The notes beneath the pieces were generated by a model that did not search any database, was not told where the DNA came from, and saw only the letters and a list, made by a program, of their open reading frames with translations. From NCBI RefSeq assembly GCF_037042905.1, contig NC_087251.1:46750001-46814000 (forward strand): a DNA stretch of 64,000 nt. Reading direction: 5' to 3'. The translations under genes and the position numbers were made by a program. This DNA comes from Lytechinus pictus (taxonomy: Eukaryota). Positions 50,247-61,643 of this stretch are shown here, piece by piece. Each line of letters begins with the position of its first letter. The stretch's first letter is position 1.

Positions 50247-50826
50247 CCTCTATGACGTCATGTCAAGATCCCAGTGACCCAAAGGAGTGGACTTCGACAT
50301 CATGTCCGGAATGCCAGTTTCTCTCAAAGAATGTTGCACAATACATCTTGATAATGATCACTTTATAATGAAATAATAATAAAAAAATAGTACTGAGATT
50401 TATCAAGCGATTTACACCAACATTTCACAGAGCTGTTTATTCAAAAGAAATTACATAGGAAGTACCAAATACATATCAAAAATTAACATTGCTTTCAAAT
50501 CAGGCGAACAAATAGAAAACATACATTGATTCAAATAATATACCATGTCTACAGAATTACAAGAGATATTGCCAAATGTATCATCCTAATTCCTAGTTAA
50601 GTTAGGTCGGGGTCTCAAAGGGCATACAACTCTTGGGCGATTATTACATTTATCATATTTGAGGGACTTTATTAATAGAATTTTAAAAATTTCAAACAAG
50701 TTTGGCCCTAAAGCCTATACATTAGATACAATCACATACATCACATTCATGAATAAAATAACTAAGAACAAGAAAACGGATAGTATCTTGAAACCCTTAT
50801 TGTACCAGATTTCTTTTGGTTACATT

Positions 50827-51412
50827 ATTTTCATATTTAATTAAGTCCTTCATTTAAATAAGATCTTGAAAGATGCTGTGAGACGAATCACGAATTCCTT
50901 TCATAAGATGCGCCTATATGCAGATGTCTTCTGAATGGCTCAAGTTGGTGATCACTTTCTCATCCATCGAGGGAGTGTATTGTAATCTAGTGGTGCTGGC
51001 TCTCGCCTTTCAATCAGAGGGTCGTGGGTTCAAAACCCAATGACCTTGACGTTATTTCCTTCAGCAAAAAAAATTATCCACACTCGACCTAAAAAAGAGA
51101 ATAGAAACATTGGAAGATAATGAATAACATTGGAAACTGCAGAAATTATAGGAAACCAATACCGACGTATACTTTCTAATTCTGAGGAGATAAATCGGAA
51201 TAGAAATAAATAAAGTTTTGAAAGTTATGATTCTTTCTTTGGTTAATTAATACCCCTTGAGGGGTGGGCCGATCCCGGAGGTACTGCAATACCGGGCCAA
51301 CCCGTGGCCAGGACGGAGCAAGCCCCTATTCCATGGCCTAAGTTAAAAAATCAGTTTAATATACAAGCGACTCGGTGAGTCGCGTTTCAGATATTAAGCT
51401 GAAAAGAACAGA
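50827..51412 (+). repeat. Direct repeat of 52308-52949 (U2 nt 39-190 plus 3' flank)
   Basis: Colinear, with substitutions and indels in the flank. Confidence 0.95.
51261..51412 (-). pseudogene. U2: 5'-truncated U2 snRNA copy (nt 39-190)
   Basis: Identical to the intact gene from U39 onward except Sm-site AUUUUUG to AUUUUUU (51345); first 38 nt replaced by a retrotransposon 3' end. Confidence 0.95.
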
Positions 51413-52309
51413 TTTATTAACATATAAAAAACTCAGAAAGAACAGTTTAACAAATCATGTATGTTGATCCAACGGTATGAAGGTTACCGAAGGATGAAAA
51501 TTAAATGGGGTAACATCTAGATATTATGTGGGACAATGCTTGTTTAAAAAGCATTACGTTGTGAAAAGAAATTAATGTGCAAGGGGGTTTTATCTTTGTT
51601 TCATCATGCCTGTTTGGCTAACAGGCATTTACGTATATTGTCAGGAACATGTTTGGAAATAATAATGAGTACATTGTTTGAAACATATTATTGATTGTAA
51701 ATAATACACGTTATTCGTATTGCCGGTGACCAGTGACGTGCTCTATGTAAATATCTCGGCTGCCTTTGATGGCATCGATGCAGCAGAGACGCCTCATCAG
51801 GCCTCTGTACCGGCGAGAGATGCCTAGACGGCCCAGAGTCCGCTCGTTGTCCCCGTGCCACGAACCAAGGGAGCCGATTACAAAGGCATGGACCTCGACA
51901 TCCATCCCACGGCTGGCCAGATACGCAGTGTCTCGTACTTGGTGACTTTTGCGTTGGCAGCCGGTTGAGAGGACATCCGGGCCATTGTCGAATGGGATGG
52001 TGATGTCGACAATGGTCACCTTGTCACCTTCAACCACTGTGATGTCGGGTCGCTCCCTTGGATTCGGGTCGCCGGGGACATGTTGGTCTTGGTAGATGTC
52101 ACCGTGATGGATTGCCTTCACCAGACGTTCTTGTATCAGGTTGTGCCTCCGGCGGATTGGAACCATGTTGGGACGGCAGTTGTTGATGACGTGAAGCAGC
52201 GCCTCCAACTGGTGATCACTAATTTTCTTCGGCACTTTGCGTTGATGTTCCGCTTCCAACGCCGAGCAGCAGCATTGGTTGGGAGGCAGTTCAAACGGGC
52301 TCGGTGGAT
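51413..52309 (-). mobile_element. 5'-truncated, frameshifted Utopia/NeSL-type non-LTR retrotransposon with restriction-like endonuclease, inserted in U2
   Basis: IHRARLNCLP, disrupted CCHC knuckle (CRR...HVINNC), RHN, RPDI..VDITIPF, out-of-frame KVTKYE, GSLGSW; stop at 51711; ~300-nt 3'UTR ending TTAATAAA directly before U2 nt 39. Confidence 0.9.
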
Positions 52310-52767
52310 TTTCATATTTAATGAAGTCCTTCGTTTAACTAAGATCTTGAAAGATGCTACAGCGACGAATCACGAATTCCTTTCATATATGCAGATGTCG
52401 TCTGAATGTCTCAAGATGGTGATCATTATACCATACACTTTCTCATCCATCGAGGGAGTGTATTGTGATCCTTAGGAATGCTGCATTAATTTCTACTGAC
52501 ACCAGCGATCTCCGACCTTAACGGAGGAAGGATACAAGAGAGATCTATAGTGGTGCTGACTCTCGCCTTTCAATCAGAGGGCCAATCACCGTGTCGTTAT
52601 TTTTTCAGCAAGAAATTTATCCACACTCGACCTATAAAAAAAGTAGAGAAAGATAATGAATAATATTGCAAACTGCAGAAATTGTAGGAAACAAAATTTA
52701 ACGTGTACTTTCTATTTCTCAGAAGATGAGTTGAAACATTATTTAGATTGAGAATTTGGAGTTAAGA

Positions 52768-52779
52768 TTCTTTCTTTGG
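52768..52779 (-). terminator. snRNA 3' box
   Basis: CCAAAGAAAGAA ~20 nt downstream of U2, similar to the sea-urchin snRNA 3' box as I recall it; also present at 51231-51242 behind the truncated copy. Confidence 0.7.
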
Positions 52780-52797
52780 TTTATTATTACCCCTTGA

Positions 52798-52987
52798 GGG
52801 GTGGGCCGATCCCGGAGGTACTGCAATACCGGGCCAACCCGTGGCCAGGACGGAGCAAGCCCCTATTCCATGGCCTAAGTTCAAAAATCAGTTTAATATA
52901 CAAGCGACTCGGTGAGTCGCGTTTCAGATATTAAGCTGAAAAGAACAGATACTACACATGATCTTAGCCAAAAGGCCGAGAAGCGAT
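52798..52987 (-). ncRNA. U2: U2 spliceosomal snRNA gene, intact
   Basis: Reverse complement ATCGCTTCTCGGCCTTTTGGCTAAGATCATGTGTAGTATCTGTTCTT..., branch-site recognition GUAGUA, Sm site AUUUUUG, SLIV loop ATTGCAGTAC; ~190 nt. Confidence 0.98.
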
Positions 52988-53962
52988 ACCGATGGAACGT
53001 TTTCAAAGTATATGATCAATTAATTAATTCATTTTAGTTCTCGTTGGAGAAATACAACTCCCTCCATATTTGCCTCCGTAGCGGATAAACGAAGAGTAAT
53101 TACGGAAAATGACCAAGACTCATCTGAAAGTAAATGTTAACACGAATCATTTGAAAAACAATTGGAACCTAAGGAACTAATAATCTGCCTGTCGTTTTAA
53201 AAACTTTGGATAAAATTCTGAATAATTATAACGTCTTCACATGCGATTCAAAATGCATTTGCTATACAAGCATGTATGTGGAGATTAGTCTTCGACATCA
53301 GCCGCTATAATGATATGTAATTTAATAATTTGGAATATTTCATCATGTTATCATTACTATCCAACACAATCTTACTATGATATATAATATTATATAGAAT
53401 GGCCAAATAAGATTAGGGTTGAAATTGTAGAGTCTAACAAGATAATGAAAATGCTACACATTTATCTACGAGTCGTGAACTCATTGTATGCTTTCCGAGA
53501 CTATCTTCACCAGCTCTTATCGAACGTGCGACCATTCGCACAATAGAACGAACGTACGCACAACGATCGCTCACAATGACGTATAATAATGACCATACAT
53601 ATGCTAATAACTTATGACTATGCATAAGTCCCGCGCTTTTTCACACACACGTGCAGCTTGCTGCTCGCTGCATGAAATGGAATATGACGAATGAAAGCTA
53701 TGCAACCCCGCAGATTCTATGAATGCAAGCCTGACACAGAAACTATACATGCGAAATATACAAATAATGACTGCTCATGGGGGCAATAGTATTTTAAAAA
53801 AATTCCAACCGAAGGTCGAGGGAAAATTTGTAGTAAATAGTGTCAATTGACGGGTAATGGGTTTCACTATTTCCGGAATAAAATACCGATTTTTTTTTCC
53901 TCGCGGGCAATAGTACAAACTATAGTCATACCCTGCTAAAAATTCGATGTGGCCGGTATTAA

Positions 53963-54568
53963 AGGGGTACTCCTGGCTGGAAAATATTATATCTAAATAA
54001 ATAAAGTAAAATTCACAGAGCTATATGCTGAAAATTTCATCAAAATCGGATGAAAAATAACAAAGTTATTGAATTTTAAATTTAGAGAAATTTTGTGAAA
54101 ATATAGTTATATGCACATCATCATGATAATTCATTAGGTGGGCTGATGATGTCACATCCCCACTTTTCTTTTTCTTATGTTATTACATGAAATCATAATT
54201 GTTTCATTTTTTCATACATGTGTGAATAATGTGTCTCCTTTAATATGAAATAAGTTGCAGCAATGAATGTCTAATGCACTTAATCAGTCGTCAATCCATT
54301 TTTTCAGTTCTTGGTAGAAAAAAACAATTGAATAGACCTAATTTCATATAATAAAATACAAAAGAACAAGTGGGGATATGACATCATCAAGTTGCTCATT
54401 GAATATTCATGAAGACATTCCTAGAAATGTTTCACCGGAATAATGCAAATCTTGAAAGTGCCATAACTTTGTTATTCCTAGTCCGATTTTTATCAAATTA
54501 TCAGTGCTTTGTTTGTCTGATTTTTCTTTACCTGCTTTCATCATATTTTTCTCAGCCCGGAGCATCCC
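53963..54568 (+). mobile_element. ~600-bp TTAA-type MITE family copy
   Basis: Colinear with 23853-24453 (for example ATTCATTAGGTGGGCTGATGATGTCAC); AGGGGTACTCCTGGCTG...CAGCCCGGAGCATCCCT. Confidence 0.75.
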
Positions 54569-56389
54569 TTCAAGTAAGATATAATGCGGTCTAACTGCAT
54601 GCGAATGGGGGGAGGTGGGTCTGAAAACTTTATTCATGATAAACTAGAAAAATGATAAGTGAGTGTGTGACATCATCAGCTATAACTATCACCTGTGTTG
54701 TGAAAAAAATGAAAAATGTCACATTTTTTAACAAGTGCACACCTAGTTATTTGACTGCAGGATAAAAGAGCGTTGTCGGTTATCTACCTTGCTCCCAAGC
54801 ATAGGTCCCGCGGGCAGGGATCGAACCCCAGACTTTCCACGATAGTTAGACCACTCGGCCACGGCACCTCCAAATAATCTTATTTTATACATCCGATATT
54901 GAAGAAATTTCAGGGATTTTCTTGTTTTATTTCTTCTTAAATAAACTTGTTGTTTAAGTGGATTTGACTTTTAAATGATATTCTACAGTAAAAATTTATT
55001 TCAGAAAGCAAATATATTTTTAATGACATAAGTATATCAGTTACTAAACTTCATAATTTAATGATATTGGGTTAAAGTCATCATGATCATGATCACGCAT
55101 ATAATCTTTCTCTCAGTTTAATAAATATAGGGTCAAATCAAACATCATTCTATCAAAGAACGGAGCAGGGTCAGTCCAAATTAGGCTTAACCTATCGGAC
55201 TATACCCTATCTATTTCAAATTAAGCTTATTTTTGTACATCTTTTTTCTTTCTTTCTCAAGAGAATTCCAAAAGGGGGACACATTTTCCCCGAGGAAAAT
55301 TTGACTGGCAAAAAAAAGGTCTTCTTCACTTTCAAAAGGGGGAGGCCTTCACGGCACTTTTACATTATACAAATTTTAATGTGCCTCTAAAGGGGGGGGG
55401 GGTGGGGGCAAGGGCCGGATGTGCCCCCCCCCCTGGATCCGCCAGTGTGTTGAGGTATTCACAGAATGATACACAGTAGGCCTATACCTATTACGAACAC
55501 ATTCACTTTAAAAAAAATGGGGAGACAAAACACCAAGCTCGTCAAATTAATAATGACTGTATAATTATACGTGACATAACAGGGAAAGTTGGACATAATG
55601 CTCCATACAAACTTAATTGTTTTCTTTAGATTATGCAATGAACTCTAGTGAGAAGGGGTCCATCAAACGCCAAGTGAGATAAATCAAGTAAAATGTCCTT
55701 CTGAAAGTAATTCCTAATGAGTTTTTATTCAGACAAAATTTAAGAATGAAATCTTGTCTCGTCAACTCCCCGTTCAATGGGCTTTCTCTTTCATTCAGAT
55801 ATACTTGGAAATGATGAGAACAAACGATGCCATTCAGCCCCAGTTCCTCGCGGCCGCGACTTACAGATAAATCTGCCAACAAACGGTCCATGGACTTCTC
55901 TCGGTTATGTTTACATAAACTAGACTTTAATCCCGGCTTAAATGTAGCTCCATGCTTGTTCTAAGCATCCCTATTGTAATTCTGCACCCCGATTCTGCAC
56001 ATGCATCCATCGCATACACACCGGGCTACGTACACCACGAAGATTGCCAATTTGGTTTGGATACTATCTTTTATGAAACTTTCTAATTGAGGTTAAGCAT
56101 GCAAGCCTAAAAACATATAATTCGTACACTAGTACAGCAACGAAATGTTTTTTACATAATCAATTGAAAGCTATCTTTCATTCTTTGGAGCAACGGGCTC
56201 CAAGCAGGGACCTGGGAACGTTTTTTTCAGTGGGGGTGCTGAAATCTCTCCTCAAAGGTGGGGGGGGGGGAGACGGGACACAATTGAATTTTCCATAATT
56301 ACACACACACACACACATATATATATATACATATATATGAGAGTCAATTCTTAGCTTTCTTCTTAAAAAAAACAAAGATATATAATTAG

Positions 56390-57150
56390 ATAACTCGAGC
56401 GCGAAGCGCGTTTTTTTTTTGGGGGGGAGGAGGGAATTTATGTATTTTGTCCTGAAAATTGAACATTTTGAGCAATGTTTGTGGTCCTGAACAAGATGCG
56501 TATGTAACAAATAATGATAACTGCGAACGTGATCAGTGCGAGCAGATATTTTTTATATACGCTCTGGTCTGATCGAAAGGGACGTGTTATAAGGACTGTG
56601 TGCAGTTACCCATTAAGACGATACATATATCAACAATCAAATAATGTGAGCGCGAAGCGCGAGCTGAAAAATTGACATTCCGACCTAAATACTGGACATT
56701 CTAAGCACTTTTCTAATAATGAACAGGATAGGTATATAACTATACAATTGATGCGAGCGCGAAGCGCGAGCGGAAATAAAAATGAGATTTCAGACCTAAA
56801 AACAGGACATCTTTATTAATAATAAGCACTTTTCTAATCATGAACAGGATAGGTATATAACTATACAATTGATGCGAGCGCGAAGCGTGAGCGGAAATAA
56901 AAATGAGATTTCAGACCTAAAAACAGGACATCTTAAGCACTTTTCTAATCATGAACAGGATAGGTATTTAACTACACAATTGATGAGAGCGCAAAGCGCG
57001 AGCGGAAACAAAATTGAGTTTTCAGACGTATAATTGGGACATTCTATTCATGTTTTGTAAATCAAGAAAATGATCGGTAATTGGATATATTCTTCATTAA
57101 TAATGTGAGCGCGAAGCGGGAGCAGAAAATATTTGATATTCTGATCTGAA
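56390..57150 (+). repeat. Tandem ~110-120-bp repeats carrying GCGAGCGCGAAGCGCGAGC
   Basis: Units start at AAGCACTTTTCTAAT (~56703, 56824, 56935); the motif recurs at 58081. Confidence 0.8.
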
Positions 57151-59020
57151 ACTCCACACTGAATGTAATATGGTTTGAACAGATAAAGATAAATCAGACG
57201 AACATAAGAATAAAGATTTGATCAAAATCCGACAAGGAATATCAAAGTTATTTCATTTTAAAGATTAGCATTATTCCGGTGAAACAGTTTTAAACATGTC
57301 TTCATTAATATTCAATGATCAAACTGATGATGTCATATCCCCACTTGTTCTTTTGTATTTTATTATATAAAATTAGGTTTATTTAATATTTTCCCTTCAA
57401 GAACCAAAAATAGTTGAATTGACAACTGATTTAGTCTATTAGATATTTTTTGCTGCAACTTATTTCATTATAAGGGAGACATATCATTCGCACTGGTATG
57501 AAAAAATGAAACAATTTTGATTCCATGTAATAACACAAAAAACAGGATAGTGATAGTGGGGATGTGACATCTTCAACCCCCATGGGCGGAAATCCCAGAG
57601 GGGACGTGTACCCCCTACCAAAAATAGTAGGGGGACACAATAACAAATGTCCCCCCTACTATTTTTGGTCTTTCATGGAGAAAATACATCACTTCACAAT
57701 CGAAATAATACCTTATGGACTAAATGACCTTACATTTTGGGTGAAAAACTTTTTTTTCCTTTTTTTTTTGCTTGTCAAATTTTCCAGGCCCTGGTCCCCC
57801 TACCTTTGGGGACAGATTTCCGCACATGTCAACCCATCTATTAAATATTCATGACGACATGCATATCACCATTTTCATAAACTATTGCTAAACTTTAGAA
57901 TTAAATAACTTAACTATTTGTTATCAGATTTCCATACAATTGTATTTGATATAAATATTTTCAGCCCGGAGTAGCCCCAAAACAAGCTGCGTATCTGAAT
58001 AAACATGCGTGCGCGTGTTTAGAGTTAGACCTAGTATCTGGGCATTGTAAATACATTTTTTAATGAAAAAAATCAATAATGCGAGCGCGAAGCGCGAGCA
58101 GAAAATGTTTGATATTCTGATCTGAAAAAGGGTGAATTTAAACACTATTTTAAGTACTGTGTCGGAAAATTCTGAAGGGGGGGGGTCTCCAAAACGTCGT
58201 TTATTTTCATTACATTTCTGTCATCATCAACTTACCACTAGATTTCCAGGAGGTGCTGCCTATGGAAAATAACACATGCAGCACCCCAAAATTTTGGGGT
58301 GCTTCACCCCCAGCACCCCCGCTTCCAAGGGCCATGGGGCAGGGCGAAAAAGACTGTGAAATTCGATTTCTATTGTCTGACTTGTAATTGTTTATACAAA
58401 ACACGGGCGGTCGGGCGCGCGCACACATGATTCGGCATTTCATTTAACCCTCGAAGTTTCAAGTCCAACCACACCCATATCCCTCCCTGCTATAGAATAG
58501 TGTGTAAACTATGGTTATCACGTATCGCGCGCGACCACGTCTGTATCGGAGTGCCGAGCTTGATTGAGTCGCGTTATAGGAGGGATGTTATTGGAATATG
58601 TGAAAGACTATGTAAATGACTTGCGATTGTGATTATGTACATTATAAACATATATAAAAAAAAATACAAAGGGAACCTGATTTCGTGGGGGTGCTGCCTA
58701 TGGAAAATAATACACGCAGCACCCCCAGGAAAATTTCTGGGGGTGCTTCAGCACCCCCAGCACCCCCGCTTCCCAGGTCCCTGGCTCCAAGTTATCATTG
58801 ACGGAGACCCTTGCTTCTTACCATTCTATATAGTCTCTCAATGATCTCTCTCCAATCAGTTACTGTACAGTTGCAGTCTACAGCAATCAAATCAATCACA
58901 AGAATCTGTTCAAACATTATCATTAAATGAAAACTCATCACACAGGCTCATATACTACTTGCATTTTCGAAAGATATCAAAGATAATTATATAGAAAATG
59001 TTAAATGTCAGATATCTTAC

Positions 59021-59180
59021 CCATGTTACCGGAAGACACCATACACAGCCATGCAGGGCAGCGCACGTGTTCGCTCGTCGAGAATGGCAAGTAGAATGAT
59101 GGAATCTGCAGAAAGGGATATGATGAGAGCTAGAGCAGCAGAGAAGAGTGACGTAATGTCAGTACCATATGCGTAACACT
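59021..59180 (-). promoter_or_regulatory. Putative first exon and promoter of a minus-strand gene
   Basis: GC-richer patch ending ATGG/gtaaga at 59021; CRE-like TGACGTAA near 59149. Confidence 0.35.
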
Positions 59181-59939
59181 TGACTATTCCACAGTCGTTG
59201 GGTGTGGCAGCTAGGGAGGGGAGGGGGTGTTACTGTATTGGGAATGATAATATTTGTAGATACTCTCTAGGCTGTGAGCCTATATTGGTCATGCAAAAAA
59301 ACAGGAAGTCAAACTTGCATGGAAAAAGAAAGTGGGTTCTTTATATGAATCGAACTCCTATATAGCTGCAATGGGATAGACTGGCACTATTGCAGATCGG
59401 TTAGGCTCGACCCTTCCATTTGTCATCTACTAAAGTTAAAGGTCACTGTCCGGCTGAGAATAGTTAATGCTGAATGAATAGAGAAAAATCAAACATCAGG
59501 TTGATTCGATGACTCAATATTAATCAAAGATTGTAAAAAGCGGCGCTCTACAATCTTTGATATTAATTTTGTATTTTCTTAGGCCGTTATGAAGTATCAT
59601 TCGCAACAAATATTACCCGTCATATAAAAACAAAATCGGTTTGATTCCGGTAGGGAGATGTGAAATCACCATGATTATATATGACGGAAATCCTATTCAT
59701 CCTCAAAAACATTTTTAAATCTTTATCAATATGATTAAATACATAAGGATTAGTAAGTGCGTTTCAGCTCCCTCGTTTGCAGACTGGCTAAGAAGAGTAT
59801 ATGTATTCCACAAATTAAAATGTCATGATTTTCTTATTTTACATGAATTTTGATTGAATTGGCAGTGTCCGATTGCCATTGGTGGCGATCCTGGGGATGG
59901 GGGTACGTGCCCCCTCCCTCGATTTTAGAATGTTGTACA

Positions 59940-60094
59940 CACTGTTAAAAATGAAGTGCTAATTTAGCACTTACAGTGCTTGCACTACGAGTGCTGATTT
60001 TCTAGTTCAAATTTAAACTAGAAAATCAGCACTCGTAGTGCAGTCACTATACAAGCACTGTAAGTGCCAAATTAGCACTTCATTTTTTACAGTG
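59940..60094. mobile_element. Hairpin MITE with CACTG termini
   Basis: Almost fully palindromic 155 bp; 2-bp CA flanks. Confidence 0.8.
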
Positions 60095-60423
60095 CAGGAG
60101 TCAATGGGAGAGGGTCAGGGTCGATCACCTCGCCCCCCCCCCCCCGAAATGGGGGAGAAAAATCTCACGAAATCGCTGCCTTATGCCCTGTTAGCACTTT
60201 CTCTATTTACCAAAAGAATTAAACTCGTTGCTTGGTTGGACTTTAAACTTCAAGTAATACCTCAGTCACATTTTGCTATACGGCGGTCGTACAACGAGTT
60301 GAAAACAGCCGTATTATTCATTTCTATTCAAACCACCTATAATGTAGCTGGTACAAAAAATGTCAACGGCTGTTTTCGATTCGCCGTACGACCATGCACC
60401 GTAGGGGAATGTGACTGCCGCAA

Positions 60424-61100
60424 GGCCGAGTCTAGATCTAGATCTAGGCCCAGGCTATATCGCAAATCTTTGCTAGGCCTAGGGCTAGCCTATTTCTAGG
60501 GCGCTAGGCTAGGCTAGATCTTAAACTTTAGATCGGCATGCTAAATTCAAGAATACGAAGGCGATTATTTTCTTAATATTGTTAAGTATAGTGTCTCACA
60601 AATTGAATTTCACACAACTTTGTAGATCTAGACTAGATTTATTTTGAGAAATCCATCAAAAGAATTATTTTTCTAGTTTGGCATGTTTGGGACATCTACG
60701 TCCGCCATGCATTCTACCGGTCACGTGACTGAAACACGTTTGAATTTCTATTTCTATTTTTCCTTTTCAATTCTACTCTCTTTCAACTTTCTCTCATATT
60801 AGAACAAAGTTTCTTTTAGTTTGATCACGGGAAACATATTTTGGCGATGTATTGCAATCGACTTGTCCGTCCCCCTACCCCCTGGGTCCTGAGACCAGTT
60901 CCCCGTACTGGGTCAGCTTCTCCGGCCATCAGATCACCGATGGTTAATTCCATGGATGTAAGCAAATTATATGCAATTAAAATATGTAAATGAAATAAAT
61001 AAGAATGAAAAAAAAATGAAGAAATAAGTACCAAAATTATCTATGCATCTATGTCTTATCTGAGAGGATATGCCATTACATTATGATTGAACAATAATGA
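60424..61100 (+). repeat. Direct repeat of ~61929-62549 containing an exon
   Basis: Colinear ~650 bp, very high identity over the exon and its downstream intron. Confidence 0.95.
60847..60957 (+). CDS. Upstream duplicate of the probable first coding exon of the coiled-coil gene (exon 60820-60957)
   Basis: ttttag acceptor, MYCNRLVRPPTPWVLRPVPRTGSASPAIRSPMVNSMD, gtaagc donor; near-identical to 62291-62401. Confidence 0.45.
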
Positions 61101-61429
61101 ATTTTATATTTTTTAGATATGGGGCAGCTGCTCGTTTATGACGTCACAATTCCAAAACTTGAAATTATAAATGAATTCCTTAATCTCTAATGGATTTTCC
61201 TCAATTAAAAAAAAAACTTTTCAAATGTAAACCACATTTTTAGATTCTGCCATATCATTTTCATGTAGCCAGACAGTCCCCCTTTTATGAAGTATGAGTT
61301 GAATCAAAGTTACATGCTAAAGGTCATTTTTATTGTTACGCCATCCTTATAAGATGACGTAATAATATATATCTTGAAAAGTACAAAGCCAGCCGACTGC
61401 GTAAAGAACGCTTATGAAACTGCGCCAAT

Positions 61430-61643
61430 AGCATGCCAGCACTGAATAACGGCGCAGCGCAAATGTGACCACGCCCTGGTAACAGCTGCACCCCTCACGC
61501 GCCCTGCCTGGTAACAAGTGTTTGTAAACAAACCCCATTCTCTTTGCAAACTTGCTCTCTCGAGAACCCACTGCCAAATTTTTGACAGTTTTCACTAATT
61601 TTGCTTGCACTTTTCAAGTCATTTTTGCTAATTGTCAGGTCAG
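61430..61643 (+). promoter_or_regulatory. Putative promoter and non-coding first exon of the coiled-coil gene
   Basis: CpG-richer patch, CCAAT, two CTGGTAAC half X-boxes, TGTTTGTAAACAAA double forkhead site, donor-like CAG/GTCAGT near 61638. Confidence 0.4.

Noticed and set aside
51711..52259. 182-aa ORF as a functional stand-alone nuclease gene
   Set aside because: Non-ATG start, the N-terminus and an internal segment are out of frame relative to conserved motifs, and there is no promoter; it is a decayed retrotransposon end
52990..53070. U2 proximal sequence element
   Set aside because: Expected here, but I cannot identify the motif reliably from sequence alone
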